From: the human T2T-CHM13v2.0 reference genome, Homo sapiens
Length of the DNA: 64,000 nt
Reading direction: 5' to 3' (one strand)
NCBI RefSeq assembly: GCF_009914755.1
Contig: NC_060931.1
The position numbers and the translations under genes were made by a program. The number at the start of each line of letters is the position of its first letter. Within the stretch, counting starts at the first letter, position 1. The notes below the pieces were generated by a model that searched no databases, had not been told where the DNA came from, and saw only the letters and a program-made list of their open reading frames with translations. Shown piece after piece: positions 1 through 14,184 of this stretch.

Positions 1-819
1 CAGACGAAGGGGCCTTTTCTTTAGCAGCTCCAGAATGCTGTAATATTTACTCTAGGATCGCTAATTCTTATTTTGTTTATTCCCACACCCCTCAAGTCCC
101 CCACCACACATACATACAGGCCAACCCTTATTCTTTTTCCTTTCCTTGTATGCCTTTTTTGTTTTTTGGCAGATATTGGTTTTAAATTATTCAATTGTAC
201 TTAATATATTTTGATACCATTTGAACAGAGATGTTTACCTTTTAGTACCACTGGTCACAGATATAATTTTGGATGATATTTCTATTTTCTTAATCTTTAT
301 TCAACTTTCTAACCACTTTATTTATATAAACGACTCTCATTTTAAATATCATCTCTCTTACATCATATTTGCTTCTTCAGTCTACAGTCTGTTTTCTTAA
401 TCTGAGGTTGACACCAAACATAAATAACCTTCAGATATGTTGCCATCTTCATGATTCTGAAATAGGTTTATCATTATAATCATCATTTTAAGATGCAGAA
501 ACTTCATGAGAAATTATGTAAAATATTTAGATTTACATAGTTATTAAATGGCAGAGCCATAAATGCAGCTCACTACTCTCTACAGATGAAGAAAATAAAG
601 GATGGAAAAGAGAAATATCTTATTTAACAGACTAATCCTTTTTTGAAACTATATACCAGAATAGATATATTCCAGATACCATATTCTGGGCCATATAGCA
701 ATTCTAAGAACAACAACAAATCATAGGACACAAATTGTGCTCTTTAATCATAGTGAAATTAAATTAAAAGTATATAACAAAAGAGAAAAATACCTATTAG
801 ATAGCTATAGAAATAACAA

Positions 820-1995
820 GTTTTGTGTATATGGATGTATTTGAGAACATATAGATATATTTCTTAGCTCTGTCCAACGGTCCCAGAAGCAAAGACAATC
901 CAATACAATGAACACACCTACTGCTCAGATCTTGGCATTTAAATGTCAGTCTCCGATAAGAAGAATCATGGCCTTTTGGAGAAATGCTTTCTTCAGGTCT
1001 GACATAGTGAAAACATAAGAATCTTATCCAGATAGAGACGAAGTAGTAAAACAATATAATTAATTTGAACTTGTCAAAAGGACACAGGAATTAATTATAA
1101 AGAAGTTACGAATGGCCAAGCTTTCAAAATTTGAGCAACAAATTGAGTAATGATAGAAAGGGCATATATCCCTTAGAATAAAGTAAGTATTTATGAATAT
1201 ATTTTGATACAAATAAGTGCAGACAGACAAACATAAAATAGGGAGAAGAAACATCTCTTAGATAGAATTACGGTTTTAAAATGTAGAATAAATAATGGAA
1301 ATATAAAACATAATGGTAACAACTGTTGTGGATGCTAATCAATGACGGAAGCTAAAATCAGTGGATGAAAATATAATGGGAAATAAGATATTTACATAGT
1401 CACAAAGAATCATCCCAAGAGATTATTACAAAGGGTAAAATGATAACTATGTATAGGAAAAAATCTAACTGGCATTGCTTTAACCAAGTGATCAAAGTTA
1501 GTACCACCAGTAATGAGATAAATTGACATAATTTATCTGTTGATAAGATGAACTGAGAATATTAAAGTATCACTTCTGTTTTATACTTGCCAAAATGCAT
1601 AGCCACAGTTTAAACATGATAAAAAATTTTTAAAAATTCAAAGTCAGGGCTTTTCTAAAACAATAACTGGAGTGTACCCTTTGGAAGTGTCTAGGTCATG
1701 AAAGAAAAAGAGCCACAGGTGTGAGGAAATTAATTACGCATGACAACTAAATGCAACGTGGAACCTTGTATTGAATCTTGGAAAAGAAACAGGATATTAA
1801 TGGGAAAATGATGAAGTTCAAATACTATCTGTAAGTTCATTAACAATATTTTATCAATGTTAGTGTCTTAGTTTTAACAATTGTACTATAAGTATGTAAG
1901 ATGATAGCATTATGGGAATCTGGTTGAAAGGTATAGCAGGAATGTTTTTATTATTTTGCAACTTTCTAATTTTAAAATTATTTCAGAGTAAAAAA
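820..1995 (+). mobile_element. Old L1 (L1MC-type) 3' end/3'UTR fragment
   Basis: L1MC 3'UTR motifs such as ttaaccaagtgatcaaagtt, tgacaactaaatgcaacgtgg and ttttgcaactttct...aaaattatttc, ending in an A-rich tract; boundaries approximate. Confidence 0.7.
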
Positions 1996-2892
1996 TGACA
2001 AATTATAAATAAATTGTTCTAAATTAATACAGAGCTATACCATACACATAAGTTAGGAGACTGAATTTTTATGATGTCTGTTCTCATCATGCTGATATGT
2101 TGTTTCAATAAAATAAAAAACATAGCCCAAAGTTTTTTTTAAAAAAAGATGAGCTGATGCTGAAATTTTTATGAAAATGTAAAGACTGTAGAATAGACAA
2201 ATATAGCTTGAAATTTTTTAAATTATGTTATTTTATTTCAAGATTTTATTAGTGATTATTTGATTATATGCAATAGCTAAAACTCATCTAACAATTAAGA
2301 TCTTTTTGTTTTATTGCATTTAAAATATAGCTCAATAAACTCTTAAAAGAAGATACATGAACATCAAAAACATGCAGAGATCAAAAGAAAAGCGAATAAT
2401 TGGAATTTAGCAATGAGTAATTTCACAAACTATTGCAATATATCTTGAAGGAAATATGCAATATATCTTGAAGGGGAAAAATATCATGAAGCAAGAGAAA
2501 GAAGAGCTAACCACAAATATGAAGGACATTAAAGAAATAAGAAAATTTCTTATAGTTTCATTCTAATCATCTTTAAATGAACAAACAATGTAATATCAAT
2601 TACAAACAGTAAATTAACAAAATTTACTTCAAAAAATAGATAACTAAAGCAGAGCATCAGCCAAATTAAAAATGTAGGAGAAGAAAAAAATTCAAAAGTT
2701 GTTTGGTATCGTTGTGGATTTTAATAAAGAAATAGTAGAACTTTATTCACAGTGTGGGCAGCTGATCACACACTCCAAGAAGTGAGAAAAAGAAATATGT
2801 AGCCAAAGACAGGAAAATAACTTCTTTTTCTAAAAATTCTTTGAGACCTCTATGTCAACACAATGGTGAGAGACTCAAATTTGAGGATTCTA

Positions 2893-2938
2893 TTGTTTTT
2901 TTTTTTTTAGACGGAGTCTCACTCTTTCGCCCAGGCCA
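2893..2938 (-). mobile_element. Severely 5'-truncated Alu (~30 nt of body plus A-tail)
   Basis: T-tract followed by agacggagtctcactctttcgcccaggcc (Alu 3' end, reverse strand); flanked by 10-bp TSD gaggattcta at 2883-2892 and 2939-2948. Confidence 0.85.
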
Positions 2939-4400
2939 GAGGATTCTAAATCAAATATTTGGAGAACTAAATCTCCATTTATGACAACTACTTTTAAAGC
3001 AAGAAGTAAAAAGAAGAGTAAATCATGGCAACCTCTTCTTAGTCTGTTTTCATTGAAAGTGAAAGCAGAAGCAGGACAGTAAGAAGAGTCTATTTTTGAC
3101 AAATTACTGCTGCTTGGTCTCTGAAAAAGGAGCACAAGTACTGTAAAGGCGTTCAGAACTGTTCTCTTAGAGTTAGGAGAAGACTTGGAAGCTGTATCAG
3201 AGAGAGTTGAGTCTCATGTTTATGCTCAGTTAGATAGAAGAGAAAACTCCTTTAATTTGCTTGACATTTTGCTGTTGGAAAATGCATAGCACTTGGGTTA
3301 AGACCCCTGTGCCTGAGTATCTAACACTCAGCGGGGACATATTAGAAAATTGGTAAACACATACCTTGTGCCTTGTGCTAGCTATCTCTTGGGACCTCAA
3401 TTATAAAGTGAAGTGCACATTTATATAAAAGTTTTGTTTGTTTTTGTTTTTGGAACCAAAAGCTGTTAAAGGACTTGTAATGGTTTACATACACGTACAC
3501 ATCTATGCATTTGTCATTTAATAATCTTTGAAGTCATTGCTAACAAAAGGCTAAAGACATACTAGCAATTAGTGAGTAAGCTGCAGTAGGTGGTCTTTTC
3601 CAGCAACTAAATTTCCTTTGGCACTGTCCCTACTCATCCCCCACACTGCTGATGAGTTCAATAGACCCAGGTTCTGCTCACTCAACATATATTCTCAGCA
3701 GGGCAGCAACCTTTCAGACCTGTGTTGTCTTCTTAACAACCCTCCTGATGATGCTTCAAAATTGTCCTTTTCTTCCTTAATTGTCTTATTTTCATCAAGA
3801 TGTATAGATAAATAGCATTCATATGAGTTGGTAAATCATATATTTTTCTATTAATTCTCCTTAGGATGAATATGGTAAATATTGCCTACTTTATTCTTCT
3901 AAGTACATTTAAAATGCTGTTCTTCATAATTCAAATGTATCAAGTGTAAGAGAGAGGCTGGTTGTCTCCGTTATTCAAAACAGTGTTCAGGGTATTTGCA
4001 TATCAATTAGACTACTATGTATATCTAAGGTACAGTTTTTAGCTTTGCAATTTTATAAACGTTTTCCCTCTTCCACTTCAAAGTATTTTGATCTTGAGAA
4101 ATAGACAAATCTTTTTACTAGAATGTGACTTTACACATTTATTATGAAACTGGGTCGGGTAAGAGAATAGATTTACAATTGTCATTTACACTGGGCCTTC
4201 AATTTTCATGATTAAATCTACTCAAACACCATAATACAGATCAGAAAACTTTCTGGTGAGCATACATTTAAGAAAGCAGACTTTCTAATTCTATTGTTTT
4301 TTCTAATAATAGAGCTGTGTAAGTATTTGGATAGACAGAGTCCACTACCAAAAATAACTAAAATGTTGGATTAAACAATTACTAAATACTACATGACAAA

Positions 4401-4790
4401 TGCTATGGTTTAAATGTATCTCTCAAAGTTTATGCATTGGAAATTTAATCCACAGTGTGACAGCACTGAGAAGTTGGACCTTTAAGGTTGATTAGGTGAC
4501 GAGGGTTCTGCTCTCACGAATGGATTAATACCATTACTGCTGAAGTGGTTTAGTTATCTGGAGGGCAGATTCCTCCTGAAGGATGAGTTCAATCCCTTCC
4601 CTCTTTCTTTCTCTCTCACCACGTGATGGCTTCTATCATCCTATGATGTAGCAAGAAAGCCTTTACCAGATTCAGCCCCACGATCTTGGATTTCTTTGCC
4701 TCCAGAACCAAGAGCCAAATAAATTTCTACAGATTATAAATTACCCAGCCTGTGACATTCTGTTATAGCAGCGCAGAATGAACTAAGACT
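4401..4790 (+). mobile_element. MaLR solo LTR, MST family (MSTC/D-like)
   Basis: Starts tgctatggtttaaatgt and ends ataaattacccagcctgtgacattctgttatagcagc...gaactaagact; flanks acaaa/acaag resemble a 5-bp TSD. Confidence 0.85.
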
Positions 4791-6149
4791 ACAAGATAAC
4801 ATGAAAGTAATTAATATCCCACTAAAATAATGACATTGTTGACACACTAGTTAGTGAGTACACAAGGAAATTTGAGGGCTGAGATCATGCAGCTTATAAG
4901 TGAAAAAAGATAAAGCTTGTTACAAATTTGAGAACAATCCTAAAAATGTACACTACTTTACTAATAACAGGTTGAGAGGCTTAAAGGGAAAATATTTAAA
5001 ATGATAAATAATATCAAAAAAGTTTAAGAATTTTTGCTTAGGAAACACTAAATCACCTTTCTTTTCTCTCTAAAGAAAATGATATTAAAATTATGATATG
5101 AAGGGACTATTAAGACTATACAGCTAAAGTGTAAAAAAATTACAAATTATAAAAGCATGTTAGAAAAGTAATTAATAAAAGTATCTTATTTTCCAAATTG
5201 TGTGATTAGCTTTAAAAATCTCATTAGTAATTTTCTCATTCTTAATAAGTATTCACTTTTTGAATTAATTTTCTTTTTGTAATTTTGTGTTATTTCCCTT
5301 AAAAAGAGCCCCAAATTACACAAGATTTAGGCCCCACAAAGCCTACAATTCCCCCTGGTAAAGCATTAAGAGGAAGTTAGAGATGCAAAGCTACTCACTG
5401 TAATGCTTACAGGACTTATAATATTACATCATAAAAATATGTGCCTGAAACTGTCATTAATATATTATTCAAATGTACCACAGAGACCATGTTTATACCA
5501 AATAAAGTGTTATTCATTATAAACTTTAATTACTCAAAATTATCATAGGACATGTAACATGATTTTTTAAATCTCTCTTTCTCTCCCTTGCTCTCTTTTT
5601 CTCGGTGTATCTGAAGCTCCAAATAGTACTTTATTATTCCACAAAGATGTATTAGACAACCAAAGGAAAACTTGCTAAGGAAGTTGCCAAGAACAATTCA
5701 ATTCTTAGCTGACCACCTAAGTTCTGCTAGGAGTTCTTCCAGGAGTCGCCAAGATGGCAGTGACTATTCAAGAGACCTCCATAAAGAGAGTTTGTGGTGT
5801 GCCTAGAGTTCCCTCACCATAGTGAGGAGAGGTGGTGGAACCTCACGTCCATTTCAGTGAAAATGCTTCATATTTCTTCTGGAATGCAGACAGTGCAAGG
5901 TGTGTGTTCAACCCTTAACTGACAAATTTAAAACATATTATTTACCTGAGAAAGTCTGAATCAGCTGAAGGAAAGGCTGGTTCAATAAATGAAAGTTGCC
6001 CAAAGAATATGTTTCTTATAGATCAGATGTTAGAGTCCTTTGTAATAAAGCTTAAACTGAAAAGGGATAGAGGATCCTAAGCAAGCTGCCAGAGGAGATG
6101 AATTTGCCAATTTTAAGAGAGTTAGAGATGGAAAATTCTCTGTGACAGG

Positions 6150-6800
6150 AGGGTCTACGAAACACCCATCTTCAGTAGATTTTGAGTGTTAGTCTTGGTA
6201 GTAAGTGATACGGTCTTAGAAATGGACTTCCCAGTAGCCATGGGAATAAAGAAATATTAATGTAATAGAGGACAAATGGCAGCATTCCATTGTCACAGGC
6301 AAGGTGGATGCAATCACCACAATAGGTGACAAGTTTGTAGAATGGCAGCCAGGGTTGCCTGTTCTGCTGAGAGATAAGGAGAATATTTAAAAGAACGCAC
6401 AGTGTTCCAAAGCACAACACGGATGTACAGCCAATAAAGATACTGTTTCATTTATACAAACAAATGAAATTAAGAATGAATGAACAGAAAATGGAAGACA
6501 GTGTTCTAATGAAAAGTGATAATCTCCTATCAGTTTCCAGCCTCAAACCAGTTATCATACTTGGAACTCATTGACTAAAAGAGAGACCAGATTCCAAGAA
6601 GAAAGGGCACTGCAACTGTGGGAATTGTCTGCAGTAATGATTACCTAGTTTTTTTGCAAAGGGAGTCTATGACTTTTTACTCAGGTAACTGTACACTAGG
6701 GAAGTGGGAAATCCAGGGATTTTTTATTTTTATTTTCTTGCCCTGATGGGCAGAGGGTCAATGTTTTAATTGATAGAAAGGGATCCAAAGTATCATCATG
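6150..6800 (+). mobile_element. ERVL internal remnant (gag end / protease start), decayed
   Basis: cagtttccagcctcaaaccag...ttgactaaaag and ttttactcaggtaactgtacactagggaagtggga resemble the ERVL gag-pro junction; no intact ORF. Confidence 0.65.
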
Positions 6801-6809
6801 GCTCATAGC

Positions 6810-7125
6810 TGAGTTTCTCTACAAAATTTTCTGTGTTGAGAGGACCTGCAGGGACAGATCATATTGAATAGCTGGTCCTTCTGAAGAATGTTGAGATGCA
6901 AACATCTACCCTACTTTACTCAAGTTTGGCCAACTCTAAAGGGCCATCTTAGTTTCAGGGCTTCCTGTGGGATCAACTGAGGCCTCTGTCGTTACTGCAT
7001 CACAGCTCGGCCTCTCCATCTGCCTAAACCTGCTCCCTTTACTTCCTCGAAAGTGTTTCTGGAGCATTCCCCAATAAATTTCCTACATGCAAATTTCTGT
7101 CTGGGAACCTTTTACCTGGCAGTCT
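6810..7125 (+). mobile_element. ERVL LTR, LTR16-like
   Basis: ggccatcttagtttcagggcttcctgtgggatc...ggagcattccccaataaatttcctacatgcaaat is typical of the LTR16 3' part with its polyA signal. Confidence 0.65.
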
Positions 7126-9579
7126 TACCTATGCACCACTACCCAAGCACCATCCAATGAGAGGGTATGTCAGCTTCAAACACTGACCAAGCCCAGAGAG
7201 TTCCAATAGCTGCTTTTTATTCACCTCATCTGTATTCCACTTCTGTGAATCTAGAATTAGGAAACTGGGGGAGTAGATGATCCAAGTGGAAAAATAGAAA
7301 ATAAAATATAACTATTGATTCTCTTATTTTACTCCAGATACAATCAGTCTAAAGCAGACCAGAGTTGGGAGAGGGAGAAATTTTAACTTTAAATATGCAT
7401 GGGTAGGTTCACTCTGAACACTTAAATTTAAATTCTTTTCTTATAATTAATTGTTGTGTTACAATTTTATTGATATATCCCTGAAATGCTTTTATATGAC
7501 ACTTAAAACATTTGTCCTGTTTTGGTTATTTGTCCTACAGTTTTGCAAATACATCTGAGTTTAAAAGGAAGGAAACCATCCATCAGTCTGGTTTTGAAGC
7601 TGCTCTTGCAATATTATGATATAATTTATCCATAATTATATTAATTGTTCCACATTAACTCAGTATTGAACTTCTAAAAGTAATATCAAGTGTGTGTTTT
7701 GTGGATTTTAAACAATTGTAACATGTCAAGACAGTAAAATTAATTTCTGAAGTATTAAAAATATACCCATATCTACTGGTTCAAAGTGAATTTTAAATAT
7801 GTAAAATACTGCAATGGGTTTCTCAAATAAATTAATGATTTCACATTACATGTATAAGGTACTAATTCTATAAATTTTATAACTGTATCTGCACATCTAC
7901 TTTTATTTTTCTAAATGTATTATACATATGGGGTCACTTTATAATAAAGTTCTCAATTAGCTATTATGCAATACTTACTCGAGGAAGAAAAGTCACTTAG
8001 TACTTTCACATGTGTTTTTGACCTGCAAAGTGGATGGATTAAGCTAAATGCCTTTAAGGTTCTTTAGCGAGTCAATGGTTGAGTCAAAAGATCCCTTCAT
8101 TTAGTTGTTAACCAATTAAAGACAACTTTACTTAGATAAACTTGACTTTATCTGCATGATTTCAAATAATATAATTTGCCTTATCCTTCACTTTTCAAAA
8201 GAATATAGGAGACATTGCAGATATTCATTACTAATATTTCAGTCTTCCATGGACTGCTTTGTTATTGCATAGACCGTGTATCCCAGTTGTATTTCTTATT
8301 CTTTTCTTAGGTAGTGGACAAACTTGAAACAAGCAAAAGTGCAAAAAACGTTTTACACTAAGGATTCCCTACAGTTAGTAACAAAACCAATCATTGCACC
8401 ACTTTATTGGAGGAAAAATTTCCAAGCCATGCAATGCAACACCTTCGTATAGATTTAAATTTTCTTGCCAGAGTGTTGAACACCTCAGTATTGGGAACAG
8501 GAATAAAAAGACTTTCGATAGATCAACATTACATTAAAAAACAAAGTAATATAAGCCTGCCTAGCAAGCAGAGTGACAGTTTATATTCTAAAATATATCA
8601 CCCTTATATTTGAGTCTAATGTAATTTTTCCCCTACCAGTAGGATATCATAAAACTGATGATTTTAAAAGTATGTTACATAAATCTAATTTCATATTTCT
8701 TTACTTCTTTTTCCTTTAGTTCTTATTCTTTCAAACCAGCAGGAGATCTTATCACTCCTTACTGATTTTATAACTGCATAACACATTTTATAAATTACTT
8801 CGTAAAATTGCTTGCACAGTCAGTCTTTGCTCTTGGTGTACATACAACTCCCTAGATATTATGTACATTAGTGTCAACAAGTGAAGACAACCATAGAATT
8901 AAATGACAGGCTCTAAAGTTAAAACTGTTCTAAACAAAACTGCCTTACCTAACAGAAATTCATGCTTAAGTAAATTTGAAATTATTAATTTCCAATGACT
9001 TCTTTCTTATGTTTTAATTGATTTTATATTTTCATCACTTTTATAAGAATTCCTCAGTATCATCATATTTTTCAAATGGGAAAAATATAGATAGTGTCAC
9101 ACAGAGAACACATTGATTTGTATGTGATTACTTTGAGGTCTTTATAAGTAGGGCCAAGCAATAGCACGCTACTACACAGTCAACCACAAATCTTCTCTAG
9201 TCAGTTTCTCAGCAATGAAATTGTGACAAGAATCATTATCTAGCCATACAGTGAAGGATTTGTTTATATTATATTTAATTATTTACTATAAAGAATATTC
9301 TCACTTTCAATATAAATCAAAAGGATAGTTGAGAGGTTTACTTTGTAGAAATCCATATAAAATAGAATACAATTAAATAAGGAATCACATAAATTAATGC
9401 TAAAAAAGTAAGTTCAAGTGAGAGGTATGATGAACATTAAGTTGCAAAAATCTTAGTGCTTGATTATATTTAGCTATACCCCTTCTTAAACACAATAGCA
9501 AAGCGAATTTAACACATACTTCACCAAATTTTATTACTGATTTTGAGTCTGTTATGCTATTTTCACTAGAGTAACTTGT

Positions 9580-9962
9580 TGTATTCATTTGCTAGTGCTG
9601 CCATAACAAATACCACAGATTGGGTGGCGTAAAAATACAAAAATTAATTTTCCCACAGTTCTAGAGACTAGAAGTCCAAAATCAAAGTGCCATCAGGATT
9701 GGCTTCCCCTGAGGCCTCTGTCCTTGACTTGCAGACTGCCTTCTTGCAGTGTCCTCACTTGGCATTTTTTTCTGTTTGCCTGTGCATCCGTGGTATGTCT
9801 TCCTCTTCTTACAAGGATGCCTATCATATTAGATTAGGGAACCCCCCTTATTACCTAATTTAACCTTAATTACCTCTTTAAATTTCCTATCTCCAAATAC
9901 AGTCATGTTGCGGGTTAGGACTTCTATATATGAATTTTGGGAAACACAATTCAATCCATAAA
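9580..9962 (-). mobile_element. MaLR solo LTR, MLT1A/B-like
   Basis: tgtattcatttgctagtgctgccataacaaataccacag...cacagttctagagactagaagtccaaaatcaa...acacaattcaatccata. Confidence 0.85.
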
Positions 9963-10839
9963 TCTTATTAAGGGCTTCTTTCAAATATCATGGAGTTTAA
10001 AGACCCTTAAAGGAGAGCCCTGTATGATGTGTTGAAACACATATGTTGTCAACAGAACAACTCTAGATAATGGGGAGGTGATTGTTTGGTTATGCTTTAT
10101 GTGGAGGAAAAGATCACAGTCCGTTTTACAGTAACTGGAATTTCTATCAGGCTTTCTTTTAACACCACTGTATGTTGTCAATCTTAGAAGAATAAAGCAG
10201 ACATTCCCTGCTGTGAAGAGATTAAGTAGTCTCTGTGCATGGCCACTGAATAATTTATTTGTCATGCATGTTTTCACTATATTGCATAAAATGCATTACA
10301 AGATGAGTAATAAATATATATATGTAGTAATGCATATTTTTACACAGAACATTATTTAAAAGATTCACAATGACCATTTCACTAATATTTTCTTGTTATT
10401 CTTTTAATAAATGACTGAATGTTAAACAGAAATTGTGCAGTAATTATGTAACATGTTTGATAAGATTTATAAACTGCCACAAATAATGTAATAATTTTTT
10501 CACATGCTTTAATCGAGAAGCCAATGCTTCCAGGTGATAGAAATAATTGCTAGCATAATTGGGGAAATTGAATTCATTTCAGCTTTTGAAGGAATATTTT
10601 TGGGGTCTAATAAATATCTACAATAGAACACTTTTAAATAGTCACTGCTTAAATGCCTATCTAGATTAAACCCAGATCCTCATTCCACAGTAGTTGCAGA
10701 TGCAGAGAATTTCCAGGTAATCTTATGCATATATTCCCATCAGTAAGTCTCTAAAATTAATTTGTGCTTATCACCAAAATCCTTTATCCCAGTTGTAGCT
10801 CTTGCTGTAAGTATATAATTTAATTAAATATTACAGAGC

Positions 10840-10990
10840 AGTGAATTCTGAATTTGAAAGAGAATCAATTCTATGAATACTGAGTTGAATGTTTTGGAAA
10901 GATAGAAAAAAGTGAATCTCTAAAACTTATTGTTAAGTTAATGCTGATACAACTTTAAAAATTTGGAAAATTCACAAAAATCTACTTATC
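10840..10990 (+). mobile_element. Tigger-type (pogo/TcMar) transposase N-terminal HTH fragment, decayed
   Basis: Frameshifted translation SMNTELNVLER*KK..ESLKLIVK..ADTTLKIWKIHKNL resembles the CENP-B/pogo N-terminal HTH; no TIRs seen. Confidence 0.45.
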
Positions 10991-12289
10991 AACTCATGAC
11001 TTCATTGTTTCTCTCTGAAGAAAAGAGCTAGTCTAATAGTATTCTATGATTGCTCAAAATAATGACAAAAGATCATAGAAATAAGAAAGGGAGAGTTGAG
11101 AAATATGTTCTACTATGAAATACAAGGTATAAAAAGATGAAGATTGCCTAAACAGGGTAGAAAAAAATTAAGTCAAAAGTATATAGACCAGTTATAAAGT
11201 TTTATAGGAAGTTATAAAAATAAAATTACCAGAGAACAGTAGATTTACGTAAAACTCTGTGGAGCAGCCCTTTCAATAAAAGGACTTGCTTGTGTGTGTT
11301 CCATGCCTTCAATTACTTGACTTTGGGTTTTTATGGAATAAATCTGGAAAGTTATCAATAGAGGTTTCCCGGCAATAGGTACTTATGTGAGAATAGCAAC
11401 AGAAATAAATGACTGGGTTAAGATTATTAGAAGTAGATTATACATGTAAACTATTGACAAGGCAGTAATTCACAAACTGCTTGGATACATATAGGTAATC
11501 AATACAATTCTCTGGCACTTTACATCTAAATATTATAACCTTGAACCCTACATCTGTAAATAATATTTTGAAACAGTTACGTAGTCAGCCTAATATGAAA
11601 AACATGAATACACTGCAATTAGTATACATTAAAATAGAGCTTATATTTGAGTGACCTGAGATGTGAGGGAAGTTTTAATCACGACCATTTTAAAACTTTT
11701 TATCGACTAGTCAGTATACAATAACTCTAGGGTAATGAATTCATGAGAAAAATTATTTTCACTTTGAACATGATAAAAAGTAGTGTGTATGCACAAGGAA
11801 AAAGGAAAATGAAAGTTTTCCGTCTTGAGGCTAAACTCATGTAATAGATAAAATTCTCATTAGATCATTTTAATTATAGAAAGATGAAAAATTATTTCTT
11901 CAACACATATTCCACAAGCTCACTTCTATGTATTGGTCCAATTTTTATTCATTACATTGTCTTCTCTAAAATAGACATTTTATATAGAGGTTTCTATTCA
12001 TTGAAAAAGCATGAGGAAGACAGAATTTATGTACAATTATCTATGGATGATAATTTTCAGATGTGTTACATTTATACTACATCTGAAAATGAGGCTGTCT
12101 CTAGCTTTATTCTTCTTATGTCAGGGTTATCAAAGCATAATTTACATACAGTAAAATTAATATTTTTAGATGTAACATTCCATGTACTTTGATAAATGCA
12201 CTTTGTATGTACTTTGTATGTACTAATGCCCTTTGTATGTACTAATGCAGGTACTTTGATCATGTAACAATAACCATGGTAAAGAGACA

Positions 12290-12720
12290 GGACAGCTGAA
12301 TTCTATACCATCAAAAAGTCACATCATGCCCTTTTGCGGCCAGTTTTCTGTCCTCCAAAGCTATTTCCCTAACTGATGATTTTAGTTTTGTCCCCACAGA
12401 TTTGACTTTCCAGAGTGTCAAATGAATAATAGAGTGTGTATCCTTTTATGACCTAGCATAATAAATTTGAGATTTATAATTTTGTTATGTGTAACACTAC
12501 TGTGATCTTATTTATTATTGTTATTCCATTACATCAATGAATTGCAGATTGATTATGCATTTACCAGTTTAGGGAAATTTGGATTGATTTCAGTTCTTGG
12601 CATTTATCAATAAGGTAATTATAGATATTTATACATAAGTTTTTGTATAGACATATTTTTGGTTTTCTTTCTTGTCTGGACACGTTTTTATTATAAATTT
12701 TAGCAGTGAGATTCTGGAAG
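12290..12720 (-). mobile_element. Old L1 (L1ME-type) 3' fragment
   Basis: gggaaatttggattgatttcagttcttggcatttatcaataagg...catttttggtttt resembles the reverse L1 ORF2 end/3'UTR. Confidence 0.6.
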
Positions 12721-13849
12721 CATATTGTATCAGATGTGGGTCATGTGTACATAAGACAACTGGAAACTACCAATAAAATGGAAAAATAGAAACAATACAT
12801 GAGACTAAAATATGATTCTTTGAAAAGATTAATAAAATTGGTATTCTAAATTGATAGATAAAATTGATAGAAAAAATAGAGTAATGAGAAAAAGGAGAGA
12901 TAGATTGATAGAAAGAGGGCACACACATTAATAAAATCAAGAAAGAAAGAAGATTCATCACAGCAAAGCTTACAGAAATTCAAATGGTATATATGGGATA
13001 ATCAAGTTCCTTTGTTGGGTGCTTCCTGCTAACAAAATAGTCAACTTAGATGCAGTTGACAAATTTCCAGAAAGACTCAAATTACTAAAACTGATTCAAG
13101 AAGAAATACAAAATTTGAATGAATCTATAAGTAAAGTAATTGAATTGTAATTAAAGCTAATTCCACAAAAAGTTCAGTCCCGCCAAATATATAAACACCA
13201 AATAATACTAATTATTCATAAACTCTTTCAGAAAATAGAGGAAAAGAGAACATACTTCTAAATTCATTTTACAAGGCCAGTGTTACTCTGATAGCAAAGC
13301 CAGACAAAGATACAATAAGAGAAAAAAACAAAAAATTACAGACCAATATTTCTCACATAGATGCAAAAATCCTCAATAAATCTGAATCCAGCAGCATATT
13401 TTTTAAAAAGCCACAATCATGTGAAATTTATACTAGAAAAGCAGTATTTATAAAAATTCTAAAATCAATTAATGCAATATCATTTATAAAGTATAAGATG
13501 AAAGTCATGATTGTCTCAATAGATGCAAAAAAAGTTGAAAAATTCAAATCTCTCTTGTGATACTTTTTTAACACTCAAAAAACTAAAATAGAAAAATCTT
13601 CAACCTGATAAAAGTTAAGTAGGAAAAACATAAAGATAATATGATCCTCATTGGCTAAAGATGGAAGTCTTTTTCCCTTATCATTGGTAATAAGGCAAGA
13701 ATATACATTCTCATCACTTTAACACTGTACTGGAGGTTCTAGCCGGTATAGTCAAGAAAGGGAAATTGGAGGAATTTTGATTGGAAAGTAAAAAGTAAAA
13801 GTGCCTTTATTCCAGATTACCGGACACCTTTTATAGAAAATTCCAAGAA

Positions 13850-13850
<1 letters not shown>

Positions 13851-13894
<44 letters not shown>

Positions 13895-13910
13895 GAGAGA
13901 GAGAGAGAGA
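13851..13910. repeat. (CA)n(GA)n compound microsatellite
   Basis: Directly visible. Confidence 0.95.
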
Positions 13911-14184
13911 TACTAGAACTAGAGTTTAACAAGGTCACAGACTACAATTCATAAAAGTTAATTGTATTTTACCACAGTAGCAGTGGACAACCTGAAAATA
14001 AATAGCCTAAAAACAATACTATATTTAAAAGTAACTTTAACAAAAGAAGTTGAAAAACTATGCAATTAAAGCTGCCAGACATTGCTAGGCAAATTAAAAA
14101 TATAAATAAGGGGAGACAACATCATGTTTCTGGAACTGAAGACTCGATATTATTATGACAGTAATTATCCCCAAATTGATCTAT

